64,000 nucleotides of DNA from Vicinamibacterales bacterium (GTDB taxonomy: Bacteria > Acidobacteriota > Vicinamibacteria > Vicinamibacterales > UBA2999), in assembly GCA_036802945.1 (NCBI GenBank), contig DAIRVG010000001.1, positions 33,166 through 97,165 of the forward strand. Direction: 5' to 3'. The position numbers and the translations under genes were made by a program. This document shows positions 1 to 8,084 of this stretch, piece after piece (position 1 is the stretch's first letter; every line of letters begins with the position of its first letter). The notes under the pieces are model-generated. The model had not been told where the DNA came from, did no database searches, and saw only the letters and a program-made list of their open reading frames with translations.

Positions 1-545
1 CATTTACCGTGACCGTCGACTCCAAGTACTCGGTGATCACGCCCCCGGACACCGTCGAGATATATGTCACCGTGACGCAGGCGGCAGGGGTTGCAAATGC
101 CCCGGCACCAACATCGGTCACGCTGGCGTGCGGCAACGGACAGACCATTAATCTTGGAGATCAACGGACCACCAACTGCACCTTTCGCGAGAAGGACACC
201 TACGTGGTCACCGCGACAGCCTCGGCTGCGAACGGTTGGAGCACTTCGGGAATAGTCCGCGTGTCTGCAATACCGAAAGAAGTCAGCGTCACGCTCACGT
301 ATCGCGAAGTTGCTCATGGTGCGGGGGAAATCGAAGTCGAGTTCATTGCAGTCGGCGCGCCAGAGCGCTCAGTCTGCATGTGGGATTTCGGTGAGGGTAC
401 GAAAAGAACGGGTGCCTGCAACCAGAACATCGTTTACGCAGTTGCCGATACGGACGACGGAGAGGTAACAGTAAGTGTCATCGTGGACCCGAGGACAGGT
501 GCCGACAAGGTCACTATCGAGAAGACAATTACGCTGAATTTCTAG
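1..545 (+). CDS. C-terminal fragment of a secreted Ig-like/PKD-repeat protein (5' end outside window)
   Basis: The frame is open from the window edge to TAG 543-545. It encodes two beta-rich ~85-aa repeats, and the second carries the PKD hallmark WDFGEG (CMWDFGEGT). GC3 is high. Confidence 0.55.
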   Translation, partial: FTVTVDSKYSVITPPDTVEIYVTVTQAAGVANAPAPTSVTLACGNGQTINLGDQRTTNCTFREKDTYVVTATASAANGWSTSGIVRVSAIPKEVSVTLTYREVAHGAGEIEVEFIAVGAPERSVCMWDFGEGTKRTGACNQNIVYAVADTDDGEVTVSVIVDPRTGADKVTIEKTITLNF

Positions 546-595
546 GATGCCGCAGCACGCTCGGTCGATGCTCGGCTGATTCCCGCCTGAAAGGC

Positions 596-640
596 GCCTC
601 CGGCAGCATGAACGCTGCCCTTCGGCAAGCTGCCGGAGGC
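596..640 (+). terminator. GC-rich hairpin downstream of the PKD-protein gene (terminator or attenuator candidate)
   Basis: A perfect 12-bp inverted repeat, GCCTCCGGCAGC (596-607) and GCTGCCGGAGGC (629-640), encloses a 21-nt loop. The loop holds a second GCTGCC (614-619) that could pair alternatively with GGCAGC (602-607). There is no U-tract. Confidence 0.4.
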
Positions 641-714
641 ACCGAATATCCCCAGCCGCAATCCCAACCCTCTCATCTTCCTGCGATCGTGCCACCGAAG
701 CGCGTACGCGCAAT

Positions 715-3648
715 TTGCGATTCGGCCCACCGAAATCAGCGATTTTCCGCCAAAACCACCGCGGCATCCGGCTGGCAATTCCACGTCTCGTGGAAGACGA
801 TCGCCTACTCTCAAATCGCAGGACAGCTTCGGCGCACATTCGACCCGACCGTTTCGATGACCTTGCACGCAGGACGGTCGCGACTCTCTGGTTCGTTCTG
901 ACTTTGTTCGGACACGCCTTCGTCGCAGCCGCGCAGAGCCAGGTATCTCCTGACGGCTCGACACCAACCCGTACGCCGACGTTCACGTGGACCGCGTCCA
1001 CCACGGCGCAGTCGTACTCGCTGTGGGTCGATGATTCGCAGGAAGAAGGAAAGATCTACCTCAAGACGATTTCGCCCGATGCTGCGGGATGTGCGAATGG
1101 GACCGGCATGTGCGCGGTAAGTCCAGGCGTATTGCTCGCACCGGGGAAGGCCTACTGGCAGCTCGGGGTGCAACTGAGCAACCGGCACTCCTGGATCGGC
1201 GAAAAGTCCTTTACCGTGCCCACGACCACCAGCTCCGCGGACGCCACGGCGCCCATCGTGACGATCACCCAGCCGACGTCCGACGCCACGTACAGTTCTT
1301 CTACCGCCACCCTCGCCATTGCAGGAACAGCGAGCGACCAGGTCGGCGTGTCGGAGGTCATGTGGACCAGCGACCGTGGTGCGTCTGGCGTGGCGAGCGG
1401 CACGACGACGTGGTCGGCCAATCTGCCGCTGGTCTCAGGCACGAACGTTCTCACGGTTGCCGCGCGCGACGGTTCGAACAATGTCGCGATCGACACACTG
1501 ACGGTGAGCTACACACCGCCGTCCTCAGGGCCCGTTTATCCGATGGGGGCCATCGACACCGTCAATCCGGTGTACCGCTGGAATGCGATTAGCAACGCAC
1601 AGTCGTACTCGTTGTGGGTGGATGATTCGCACGAGGAAGGAGTAATCGACCTGAAGACGATTAGCCCTGCCGCCGCGGGGTGTCCCAACGGAACGGGTTC
1701 GTGCAGCGTGAGTCCCGGTGTGGCGCTCGCGCCGGGGCGCGCATACTGGACAATCGGCGTGAAGACCAGCAGCGCACACTCGTGGGGCGCGTGGGTCGAG
1801 TTCACCGTGCCGGACCCGAATGCGCCCTGCCTGACGCTCTACCCGGAGAGCCAGTGGCACCCAGCCGACGAACAGACGGGGTTCATTACGGTCACCACGA
1901 ACGGGTGCGCCTGGACCGCCACGACATCCGCGTCGTGGATCACGATCACGCCCGGATGGACCGGTGGTATCGGCAACGGCCGGGTACGTTATGAGCTGTC
2001 GGCGAACCCCACCGGTGCTTCACGGGAATCAGACATTGTGATTGGCACTCGCACGTATCACGTTACGCAGCGCGCCGGGGCGATGTGTGGCGCCGCGCTT
2101 TCTGGGTATAGCGACTTCTACGACGCGAATGCGCATGTGGAGTCCGTGCAACTCTCCATCGGCACATCCTGCGCCTGGACCGCCGTGAGCAGCGCGTCGT
2201 GGGTGGCACTGCGCGCTGATTCGAGGAATGGCACCGGACCGGCGACGATTCGCTGGGATGTAGCGGCAAACACGTCCGGCGGAAACCGGAGCGGGACTCT
2301 CACCGTCGCGGGTCGAACGTACACCGTGGATCAACACGGCGTACCGAGCGGCGATTCTGGATGCAGTTACTCGATTTCGCCGCTAAGCCTGAACGCAGAT
2401 TCCGCGAGCGCATCTGGGCAGATAGTCGTTTCAACGTCGGCCGGCTGTGCGTGGAGTGCGACGAGCCTCAGTCCGTTCATAGACATTACCGGAGGGTTCA
2501 ACGGCAGCGGATCCGGAACGGTTTCCTACTTCGTTCACGACAACACATCTGCAGAGGCAAGAACAGGCGTGTTGGAGGTGGCTTCGCGAAATGTTCAGAT
2601 GACGCAAGCCGGTGTTGGGACTGGAGGCTGCAGCTACGCAGTTTCCGGAAATGATCCACTCCCGTCCGGAACGGCGACCAGCTCGTTGACCGTCTCGGCG
2701 CCGGTGGGATGTCCCTGGACGGCGACCGCCGCGAGCGAATTTCTCACGATCACAGATGGCGCATCGGGCAACGGATCCGGCAGCGTACATTTCGCAGCGA
2801 CCAACAACGCCGTCCATGAGTCGCGGATGGGTGCACTGACAATCGCAGGACAGACGGTTGGCATCATGCAGCTCGGCGCGGGTGGTGAGCCCACTTGCGT
2901 GACGGCGGTCACACCCAATGTCGTGTCGCCACCAGCGATCGGCACCGCGGGAACAATTGTCGTGTCGGCCCAGCCGAATTGCGTGTGGTCTGCTGTCTCA
3001 GGAGTTCCATGGGTGAGGTTGTCCGGCGCGTCGACGACCCGGGTCGGTTCCGGTTCATTTTCGTATGACGCTGGCGTGAACACCGGATCCGCACGTGCTG
3101 TTTCAATTCACATCGGTGCGCAGGAGATCGCGATCAATCAAGATGGAGTCACTCCGACAGGCAATGAGACATCTGAACTTGTCTGGCCGGCACCGCAGCC
3201 AAAGAAAGCCAATAATTGCTTCGGCAACTGCGGTGGTGGTTGTGGAACCTTCCTTGGCGTGTGCGGCACCAACGGCGGTAATTGGACGTCAGAAATTACG
3301 GGCGAATTGCGGCACGTCGACGACGCGCTCCTGGAGGTCTGCAGCGGAGGCACGCTGCAACTCGGCGTGTTCCCGAGGTACGCCTCGACCGTGCGCTGGA
3401 CGTATCACGGTGTCGAGTCGCCCTCATGTATGGCACATGATTCGTTGTGCCGGTCGTGGGCAGGACGGCTTCCCTTCTTGATCGGGAAAATCTTCTGCGG
3501 TGCGGCCGCGCTCGGCCCTTACAGCTACACAATTTGCGAAAGCGCACGACCGTGGACGTGGAGTTACGAAGAGTCGGTGGTCGGGCGCACGATGTTCCCA
3601 ACCGCCATTGTCGATAACCCCGATGCACCGGCGTGCGGGCAGCCGTGA
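715..3648 (+). CDS. Large secreted multi-repeat protein: 2 duplicated ~95-aa modules, an Ig-like module, 5 BACON-like repeats and a Cys-rich C-terminal domain
   Basis: 2934-nt ORF with high GC3. A signal-like segment TVATLWFVLTLFGHAFVAAAQS sits about 55 aa in, so the true start may lie downstream of ATG 715. Two internal duplicates share AQSYSLWVDDS(Q/H)EEG..LKTISP.AAGC.NGTG.C.VSPG. Five ~80-aa repeats each contain GC(A/P/V)W(T/S)A.S motifs typical of BACON-type domains. The C-terminal ~145 aa are rich in Cys and Gly. Confidence 0.75.
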   Translation: MRFGPPKSAIFRQNHRGIRLAIPRLVEDDRLLSNRRTASAHIRPDRFDDLARRTVATLWFVLTLFGHAFVAAAQSQVSPDGSTPTRTPTFTWTASTTAQSYSLWVDDSQEEGKIYLKTISPDAAGCANGTGMCAVSPGVLLAPGKAYWQLGVQLSNRHSWIGEKSFTVPTTTSSADATAPIVTITQPTSDATYSSSTATLAIAGTASDQVGVSEVMWTSDRGASGVASGTTTWSANLPLVSGTNVLTVAARDGSNNVAIDTLTVSYTPPSSGPVYPMGAIDTVNPVYRWNAISNAQSYSLWVDDSHEEGVIDLKTISPAAAGCPNGTGSCSVSPGVALAPGRAYWTIGVKTSSAHSWGAWVEFTVPDPNAPCLTLYPESQWHPADEQTGFITVTTNGCAWTATTSASWITITPGWTGGIGNGRVRYELSANPTGASRESDIVIGTRTYHVTQRAGAMCGAALSGYSDFYDANAHVESVQLSIGTSCAWTAVSSASWVALRADSRNGTGPATIRWDVAANTSGGNRSGTLTVAGRTYTVDQHGVPSGDSGCSYSISPLSLNADSASASGQIVVSTSAGCAWSATSLSPFIDITGGFNGSGSGTVSYFVHDNTSAEARTGVLEVASRNVQMTQAGVGTGGCSYAVSGNDPLPSGTATSSLTVSAPVGCPWTATAASEFLTITDGASGNGSGSVHFAATNNAVHESRMGALTIAGQTVGIMQLGAGGEPTCVTAVTPNVVSPPAIGTAGTIVVSAQPNCVWSAVSGVPWVRLSGASTTRVGSGSFSYDAGVNTGSARAVSIHIGAQEIAINQDGVTPTGNETSELVWPAPQPKKANNCFGNCGGGCGTFLGVCGTNGGNWTSEITGELRHVDDALLEVCSGGTLQLGVFPRYASTVRWTYHGVESPSCMAHDSLCRSWAGRLPFLIGKIFCGAAALGPYSYTICESARPWTWSYEESVVGRTMFPTAIVDNPDAPACGQP

Positions 3649-4109
3649 TCACGAAGTCCACGTTCGTGATCGCCGGCCGCGGCCTCGTTGGCGGGATCCT
3701 CTGTTTGTGGCTAGGAGCGGCAAGTCTCTCCGCGCAGACACCTCATCGCCTCGAGACTGTGAACCGTTACGTGGGCAAGACGGTTATCGTGCACGACCCG
3801 GCTGGACGTCGTTCGTCCGGCCGTCTGATCGATGCAACACCCACCGAGCTCACGTTGTCGGTCGACGGAACGCGTCGCGTCATTCCAAGCGCTGACATTG
3901 CCGCTGTCGGCCTGGTGGGCGATCCGATTTGGGATGGTGCTCTAAAGGCGATAGGTGTGGCTGGACTGCTCGCGGTGCTTGGGAGCGGCGAGTCACCGAG
4001 CAGCGAGAGTGTCGCCTCAAGCGCCCTTGGAGTCGCCCTGTTTGGAGGTCTTGGCGCATGGATTGACGCTCGTCGGACGCGCGAGCGAATCGTGTATGAG
4101 AAGCCGTGA
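3633..4109 (+). CDS. Small exported/membrane-anchored hypothetical protein
   Basis: 477-nt ORF overlapping the upstream stop by 16 nt. It has the signal-like sequence LVGGILCLWLGAASLSAQ and Gly/Ala-rich hydrophobic C-terminal segments. I recognise no family. Confidence 0.5.
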   Translation: MRAAVITKSTFVIAGRGLVGGILCLWLGAASLSAQTPHRLETVNRYVGKTVIVHDPAGRRSSGRLIDATPTELTLSVDGTRRVIPSADIAAVGLVGDPIWDGALKAIGVAGLLAVLGSGESPSSESVASSALGVALFGGLGAWIDARRTRERIVYEKP

Positions 4110-4155
4110 GTGAGCAATCCGACCTTCAACCTGTACCCTGTAACCTATAACCCCC

Positions 4156-5046
4156 GTGCCGAAGCCCTTCATTGCCATCACGGCCGGCGATCCGGCCGGC
4201 ATCGGTCCCGAAATCGCCCTGAAGGCGGCCGACGATCCGCGCGTGCGCGAGGTCTGCGAACCGGTGATCTATGGGCCGCCGGCCGGCGCGCACTTCGCGC
4301 CCGGCGTGTTGTCGCCCGACGCGGCCCGCGCCGCGTACAACGCAATCTGCGCGGCGGTTCGCGACGCGATGACTGGACGGGTCGGCGCGATTGCGACGGC
4401 GCCGATCAACAAGCTGGCGTTCTCGCGCGCCGGATTGGAGTGGACAGGGCACACGGATCTGCTGGCCGACCTGACGCACAGCCGACGCGTGGCGATGATG
4501 TTCTGGTCGAAGCCGCTGAAAATCGTGCTCGCGACCGTCCACGTGCCGCTGGCCGATGTGCCAAAACTTCTCACCCCCGACCTGCTCGACGACATCATCG
4601 AGCTCGCCGCCGGCGGGCTGCCGCGCTTCGGCATCGAGCGTCCGCGTCTGGCGCTCGCCGGACTCAATCCGCATGCAGGTGAAGGCGGCGTCCTGGGTCG
4701 GGAAGACCAGGAGGTATTACGGCCTGCCGTCGAGAGGGCGTGTGCTCGCGGCGTGACGATCGATGGTCCCTTTCCGGGTGACACAATCTTCGCTCGCGCC
4801 GCCCGCGGCGAATTCGACGCTGTCATCGCGTGCTATCACGACCAAGGACTGATCCCGGTCAAGTTACTCTCATTCGGGCACGCGGTGAACGTTACGCTCG
4901 GCCTACCGATCGTCCGCACCTCTGTTGATCACGGCACGGCATTCGACATAGCCGGACAAGGGGTCGCCGATCCTTCCAGTCTGATCGAAGCGGTGCTCCT
5001 CGCGGCGCGGCTGTCGAAACCGCATCGCATTTCCTCCGCGCCATAG
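4156..5046 (+). CDS. pdxA: 4-hydroxythreonine-4-phosphate dehydrogenase
   Basis: The motifs ITAGDPAGIGPEI, GHTDLLA, GLNPHAGEGG, ACYHDQGLIPVK and VNVTLGLPIVRTSVDHGTAFDIAG are collinear with PdxA. Confidence 0.95.
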   Translation: MPKPFIAITAGDPAGIGPEIALKAADDPRVREVCEPVIYGPPAGAHFAPGVLSPDAARAAYNAICAAVRDAMTGRVGAIATAPINKLAFSRAGLEWTGHTDLLADLTHSRRVAMMFWSKPLKIVLATVHVPLADVPKLLTPDLLDDIIELAAGGLPRFGIERPRLALAGLNPHAGEGGVLGREDQEVLRPAVERACARGVTIDGPFPGDTIFARAARGEFDAVIACYHDQGLIPVKLLSFGHAVNVTLGLPIVRTSVDHGTAFDIAGQGVADPSSLIEAVLLAARLSKPHRISSAP

Positions 5047-5141
5047 CGACCCTCTGTGTTCAGCTGGGCCCGACCGCGCTCGTCACGTGCCGCCATCCGA
5101 TGCCGCGTCACTGCAAGAAGATGAGCTAACATTAGCCTCTG

Positions 5142-6251
5142 GTGAAACCGCGGCTGCTGCAGTGGCTGGCATGTCCTGTGTGCCGGTCTGACCTGCGTCT
5201 CGAAGGGGAACGAATCGAAAACGGGGAAGTGGCGGAGGGACGCCTTGCGTGCGTCTCGGCGTCATGCCGAGCGCAGTATCCCATCATCGACTTCATTCCC
5301 CGTCTTCTGCCTGATGTGACTGCTCGCGAGAATCTCCGCGCAAACTACGCCGCAAGTTTCGGCTTCCAGTGGAACTCGTTCGATTGGGAACGCCCGGAAG
5401 ACCAGGAAGAGTATTTTCAGATTACCGACCTCACGCCGGACGATCTTCGGGGCAAGGTCATCGTGGATGCCGGCTGCGGCGGCGGACGGTTCATGAAGTA
5501 CGTGGGCGAACACGCCGCGGAGCTCATCGGCTTCGACTACTCGGTCGCGATCGACAAGGCCCGCGCGCTTGCGGGACGATGGCCCTCGACCCACTTCATT
5601 CAAGGCGACGTCCACCACCCGCCTCTCAAAGACGCGATTTGTGATCTCCTGTACAGCCACGGTGTTCTGCACCACACACCGGACACCCGAAAGGGATTCC
5701 AGGCGCTCGTGCCTCTGGTTCGCGAAGGGGGCGACTGCTACGTCGCCGTCTTCCGGCGGACGGTCTGGCCCCTGCGAACCCTCGACACCACGCTGCGCGC
5801 GCTGGTGAACCGTCTTCCGTATCCTGCCATCAACGCGTTCTGTTCGGTTCTGTGTGTACTCGGCAGCATTCCCGGCGTGCGAAAGCTTCACCGCTTCATC
5901 TGGTTCTCGCGGCAGAAAAACTGGGAGGTGCGCCAGTGCTGCAATTTCGATTGGTACGCGCCTCGGTACCATCACGAGCACGACATTGCCGAGGTGAAAG
6001 GCTGGTTTGAGGCCGCAGGCTTCCGCTCAATCCGTTACATCAACGGCTGGCCGCTGGCGAAGGGTGACTTCAAGTACCGCGAGGATCTCTCGTGGTCCGA
6101 GCGCGCATGGCACGCCGGGCTCGTTGGCGTCATGGGTCGAGGCAAAGTCAGGGTCGACGCGCCACGGCAAGCAGCGAGCTACCGAACGGAAGCGAATGTC
6201 GTCGGAGCCACCGCCGCTCCACCGCAAAGGTCACCAGCCCGAGGGCGTTGA
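5142..6251 (+). CDS. SAM-dependent methyltransferase with N-terminal Trm112-like zinc ribbon
   Basis: GTG start. The N-terminus reads LACPVCRSDL...CVSASCRAQYPIIDFIP, followed by class I motif I VIVDAGCGGGRF and LLYSHGVLHH. The 3' end overlaps the convergent gene by 104 nt. Confidence 0.8.
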   Translation: MKPRLLQWLACPVCRSDLRLEGERIENGEVAEGRLACVSASCRAQYPIIDFIPRLLPDVTARENLRANYAASFGFQWNSFDWERPEDQEEYFQITDLTPDDLRGKVIVDAGCGGGRFMKYVGEHAAELIGFDYSVAIDKARALAGRWPSTHFIQGDVHHPPLKDAICDLLYSHGVLHHTPDTRKGFQALVPLVREGGDCYVAVFRRTVWPLRTLDTTLRALVNRLPYPAINAFCSVLCVLGSIPGVRKLHRFIWFSRQKNWEVRQCCNFDWYAPRYHHEHDIAEVKGWFEAAGFRSIRYINGWPLAKGDFKYREDLSWSERAWHAGLVGVMGRGKVRVDAPRQAASYRTEANVVGATAAPPQRSPARGR

Positions 6252-7071
6252 GCGCGCCACCCGCTTTGGTCTCCGCGAGGTCGGTTCCCGATGTCGGGTC
6301 GGGTCCGTTCGTCCCGACGAGCCGCTCCACGAAACGAGCCAGGACGAACAGCGGAAAGAGAACGGTGGAGAAGTACGTGATCCGCTCCACCCGCCAACCC
6401 GCGGCTTCAATGCGTGCCCGCAGCGTAGCCGCACGGTACCGTCGCCGGTGGCCGGCGATGCGGTCGCGCCGTCCATAAAGTCCTTGGAATGCGGGCACCG
6501 TGACGAAGAGTCGCCCAGTGGGCCGGACGACGTCCAAACATGACGCGAGGATTGGTACTTCGTCGTCGACGTGCTCGATCACATCGAAAAGCCCTACGGC
6601 ATCGAACCAGCCCGGTGCCGTCGCAGTTGCGCCGTCCCCTTGAAAAAGCGCCGCGGCCGGAACCCTCTCTCTGGCGATCTCCAGATTGGAGCGGAACGCG
6701 TCACAGCCAGTGGCATCGAATCCCCGACTGGCAATCTGGGCCAGTACGGTCCCCGTTCCGCAGCCCACTTCGAGAAAGCGGGCTGGACGGTTAGGCTCCC
6801 CAGGTCTAACCAGCGCGTACACGACGTCGCCGAGGATGAGCGCTCGACCTCGCGGCCAGAAGTGCTTGACCTCCCATTCAGCCTGAGCGCGAGCCGCATG
6901 TGCCGGGTATGAGCTCCCGATCGGTGCCAGGGTGCTCCAGGCTGCGATCCCGCCTTCGGCAGCCAGCGCCCAGCCGCAGGGACACAGGTAACGGCCATCA
7001 AGGCTCTCAACGACGGCGTCGCAATCCTCGCATCGTACAGGCGGCCAGGGTTGAGCGATCTCCACCGTCAT
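6148..7071 (-). CDS. Class I SAM-dependent methyltransferase with N-terminal Cys4 ribbon
   Basis: Contains CEDCDAVV...YLCPCGW, motif I FLEVGCGTGTVL and GLFDVIEHV. Its start overlaps the upstream GT2 stop (ATGA). Confidence 0.8.
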   Translation of the reverse strand: MTVEIAQPWPPVRCEDCDAVVESLDGRYLCPCGWALAAEGGIAAWSTLAPIGSSYPAHAARAQAEWEVKHFWPRGRALILGDVVYALVRPGEPNRPARFLEVGCGTGTVLAQIASRGFDATGCDAFRSNLEIARERVPAAALFQGDGATATAPGWFDAVGLFDVIEHVDDEVPILASCLDVVRPTGRLFVTVPAFQGLYGRRDRIAGHRRRYRAATLRARIEAAGWRVERITYFSTVLFPLFVLARFVERLVGTNGPDPTSGTDLAETKAGGALNALGLVTFAVERRWLRRHSLPFGSSLLAVARRP

Positions 7072-8084
7072 GGTCGCGCACGACCTTCACGCGCCGGTCC
7101 CGGCTCCAGGTCGAGAGGCTCGTCGCCTTCGAAATTCACTGCCCGGTCGATGAGGAACAGCGGACGTCGCTGGACCTCGGTGTAGATTCGCCCGACATAC
7201 TCGCCGACAATTCCCAGAAGCAGCATTTGCGCGCCCGTGAGCATCACGAACAGCAACGCGAGAGCCGAGAATCCCGGCCAGACGCCACCAACGAGCAGCC
7301 GATACGCCACCACATACGCCGCGTAGATCACGCTGGAGAACGTAACGAGAAACCCTATGGCGGTGACCACGCGAAGCGGAAAGGAACTGAAGGCGGTCAC
7401 CGTCCAGACGGACAGACGGATGAGACCTCTGAGCCCGTACTTGGAATGCCCTGCGTGCCGTGGGTGGTGTTCCACCTCTACGTACGCCGTTCGGAACCCC
7501 AGCCAGTGGTTGAGAGGACCCGTTACCCGCGAACGCTCCCCAAGGCGATTGAACGCGTCCACCGCTTTTGCCGACAGCAGTCGAAACGTGCCGATGTTCT
7601 CCGGGACGTGCTGCCGCAGCAGGTGCGAAAGAACGCGAAAGAACCAGCGGCCCGCACTCCGCCGAACGAGGGTGTCCTTGCGCTCACGACGGAGCGAGAA
7701 CACGACATCGGCGCCTTTGGCGTATTCGGCATACAGCAAGGGAATCGCTGATGGAGAATCCTGCAGGTCAGCATCCATGAGCACCAGCGCCTTGCCGCGG
7801 GCGTAGACCATCCCGGCGGCAATAGCCGCATGCTGTCCGAAGTTCCGCGAGAAATGGATGACGCGAATACGGCGATCCGCTTCGGCCGCGGCATCGAGAA
7901 CTTCGCTGCTGCCGTCGCGGCTGCCATCATCGACGAACAGAACCTCGTACGAGTTGGCCAGCCACGGGTCCAGCGTCGCGCGCAGCTCCGACACCAGACG
8001 TTCCACGTTGGGCCGCTCGTTGAAGACACACACGAGCACTGTCAACTGCGGCCCGATCTCCGAGGACGGCGGCGGCTGTGTCAT
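7068..8084 (-). CDS. GT2 polyprenyl-phosphate glycosyltransferase (ArnC/GtrB-like, membrane-anchored)
   Basis: Contains VCVFNERPNV, VLFVDDGSRDGS, FSRNFGQHAAIAAG and LMDADLQD, plus two C-terminal hydrophobic helices. It overlaps both neighbours by 4 nt. Confidence 0.9.
   Translation of the reverse strand: MTQPPPSSEIGPQLTVLVCVFNERPNVERLVSELRATLDPWLANSYEVLFVDDGSRDGSSEVLDAAAEADRRIRVIHFSRNFGQHAAIAAGMVYARGKALVLMDADLQDSPSAIPLLYAEYAKGADVVFSLRRERKDTLVRRSAGRWFFRVLSHLLRQHVPENIGTFRLLSAKAVDAFNRLGERSRVTGPLNHWLGFRTAYVEVEHHPRHAGHSKYGLRGLIRLSVWTVTAFSSFPLRVVTAIGFLVTFSSVIYAAYVVAYRLLVGGVWPGFSALALLFVMLTGAQMLLLGIVGEYVGRIYTEVQRRPLFLIDRAVNFEGDEPLDLEPGPAREGRARP

Noticed and set aside
1827-3150. Regularly spaced ~240-nt repeats that could be mistaken for a repeat array
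   Set aside because: They are in-frame protein-domain repeats (BACON-like) that have diverged at the nucleotide level. They are not CRISPR or other non-coding tandem repeats. No short direct repeat/spacer structure occurs anywhere in the window.
3211-3450. Secreted phospholipase A2-like motifs (FGNCGGGCG resembling the Ca-loop Y-G-C-Y-C-G-x-G-G, and SCMAHDSLC resembling C-x-x-H-D-x-C) in the Cys-rich C-terminus of the BACON protein
   Set aside because: The two motifs are about 75 residues apart, against about 20 in sPLA2s, and the surrounding Cys pattern does not match. The resemblance is probably coincidental in a Cys/Gly-rich region. It is worth only a quick HHpred check.
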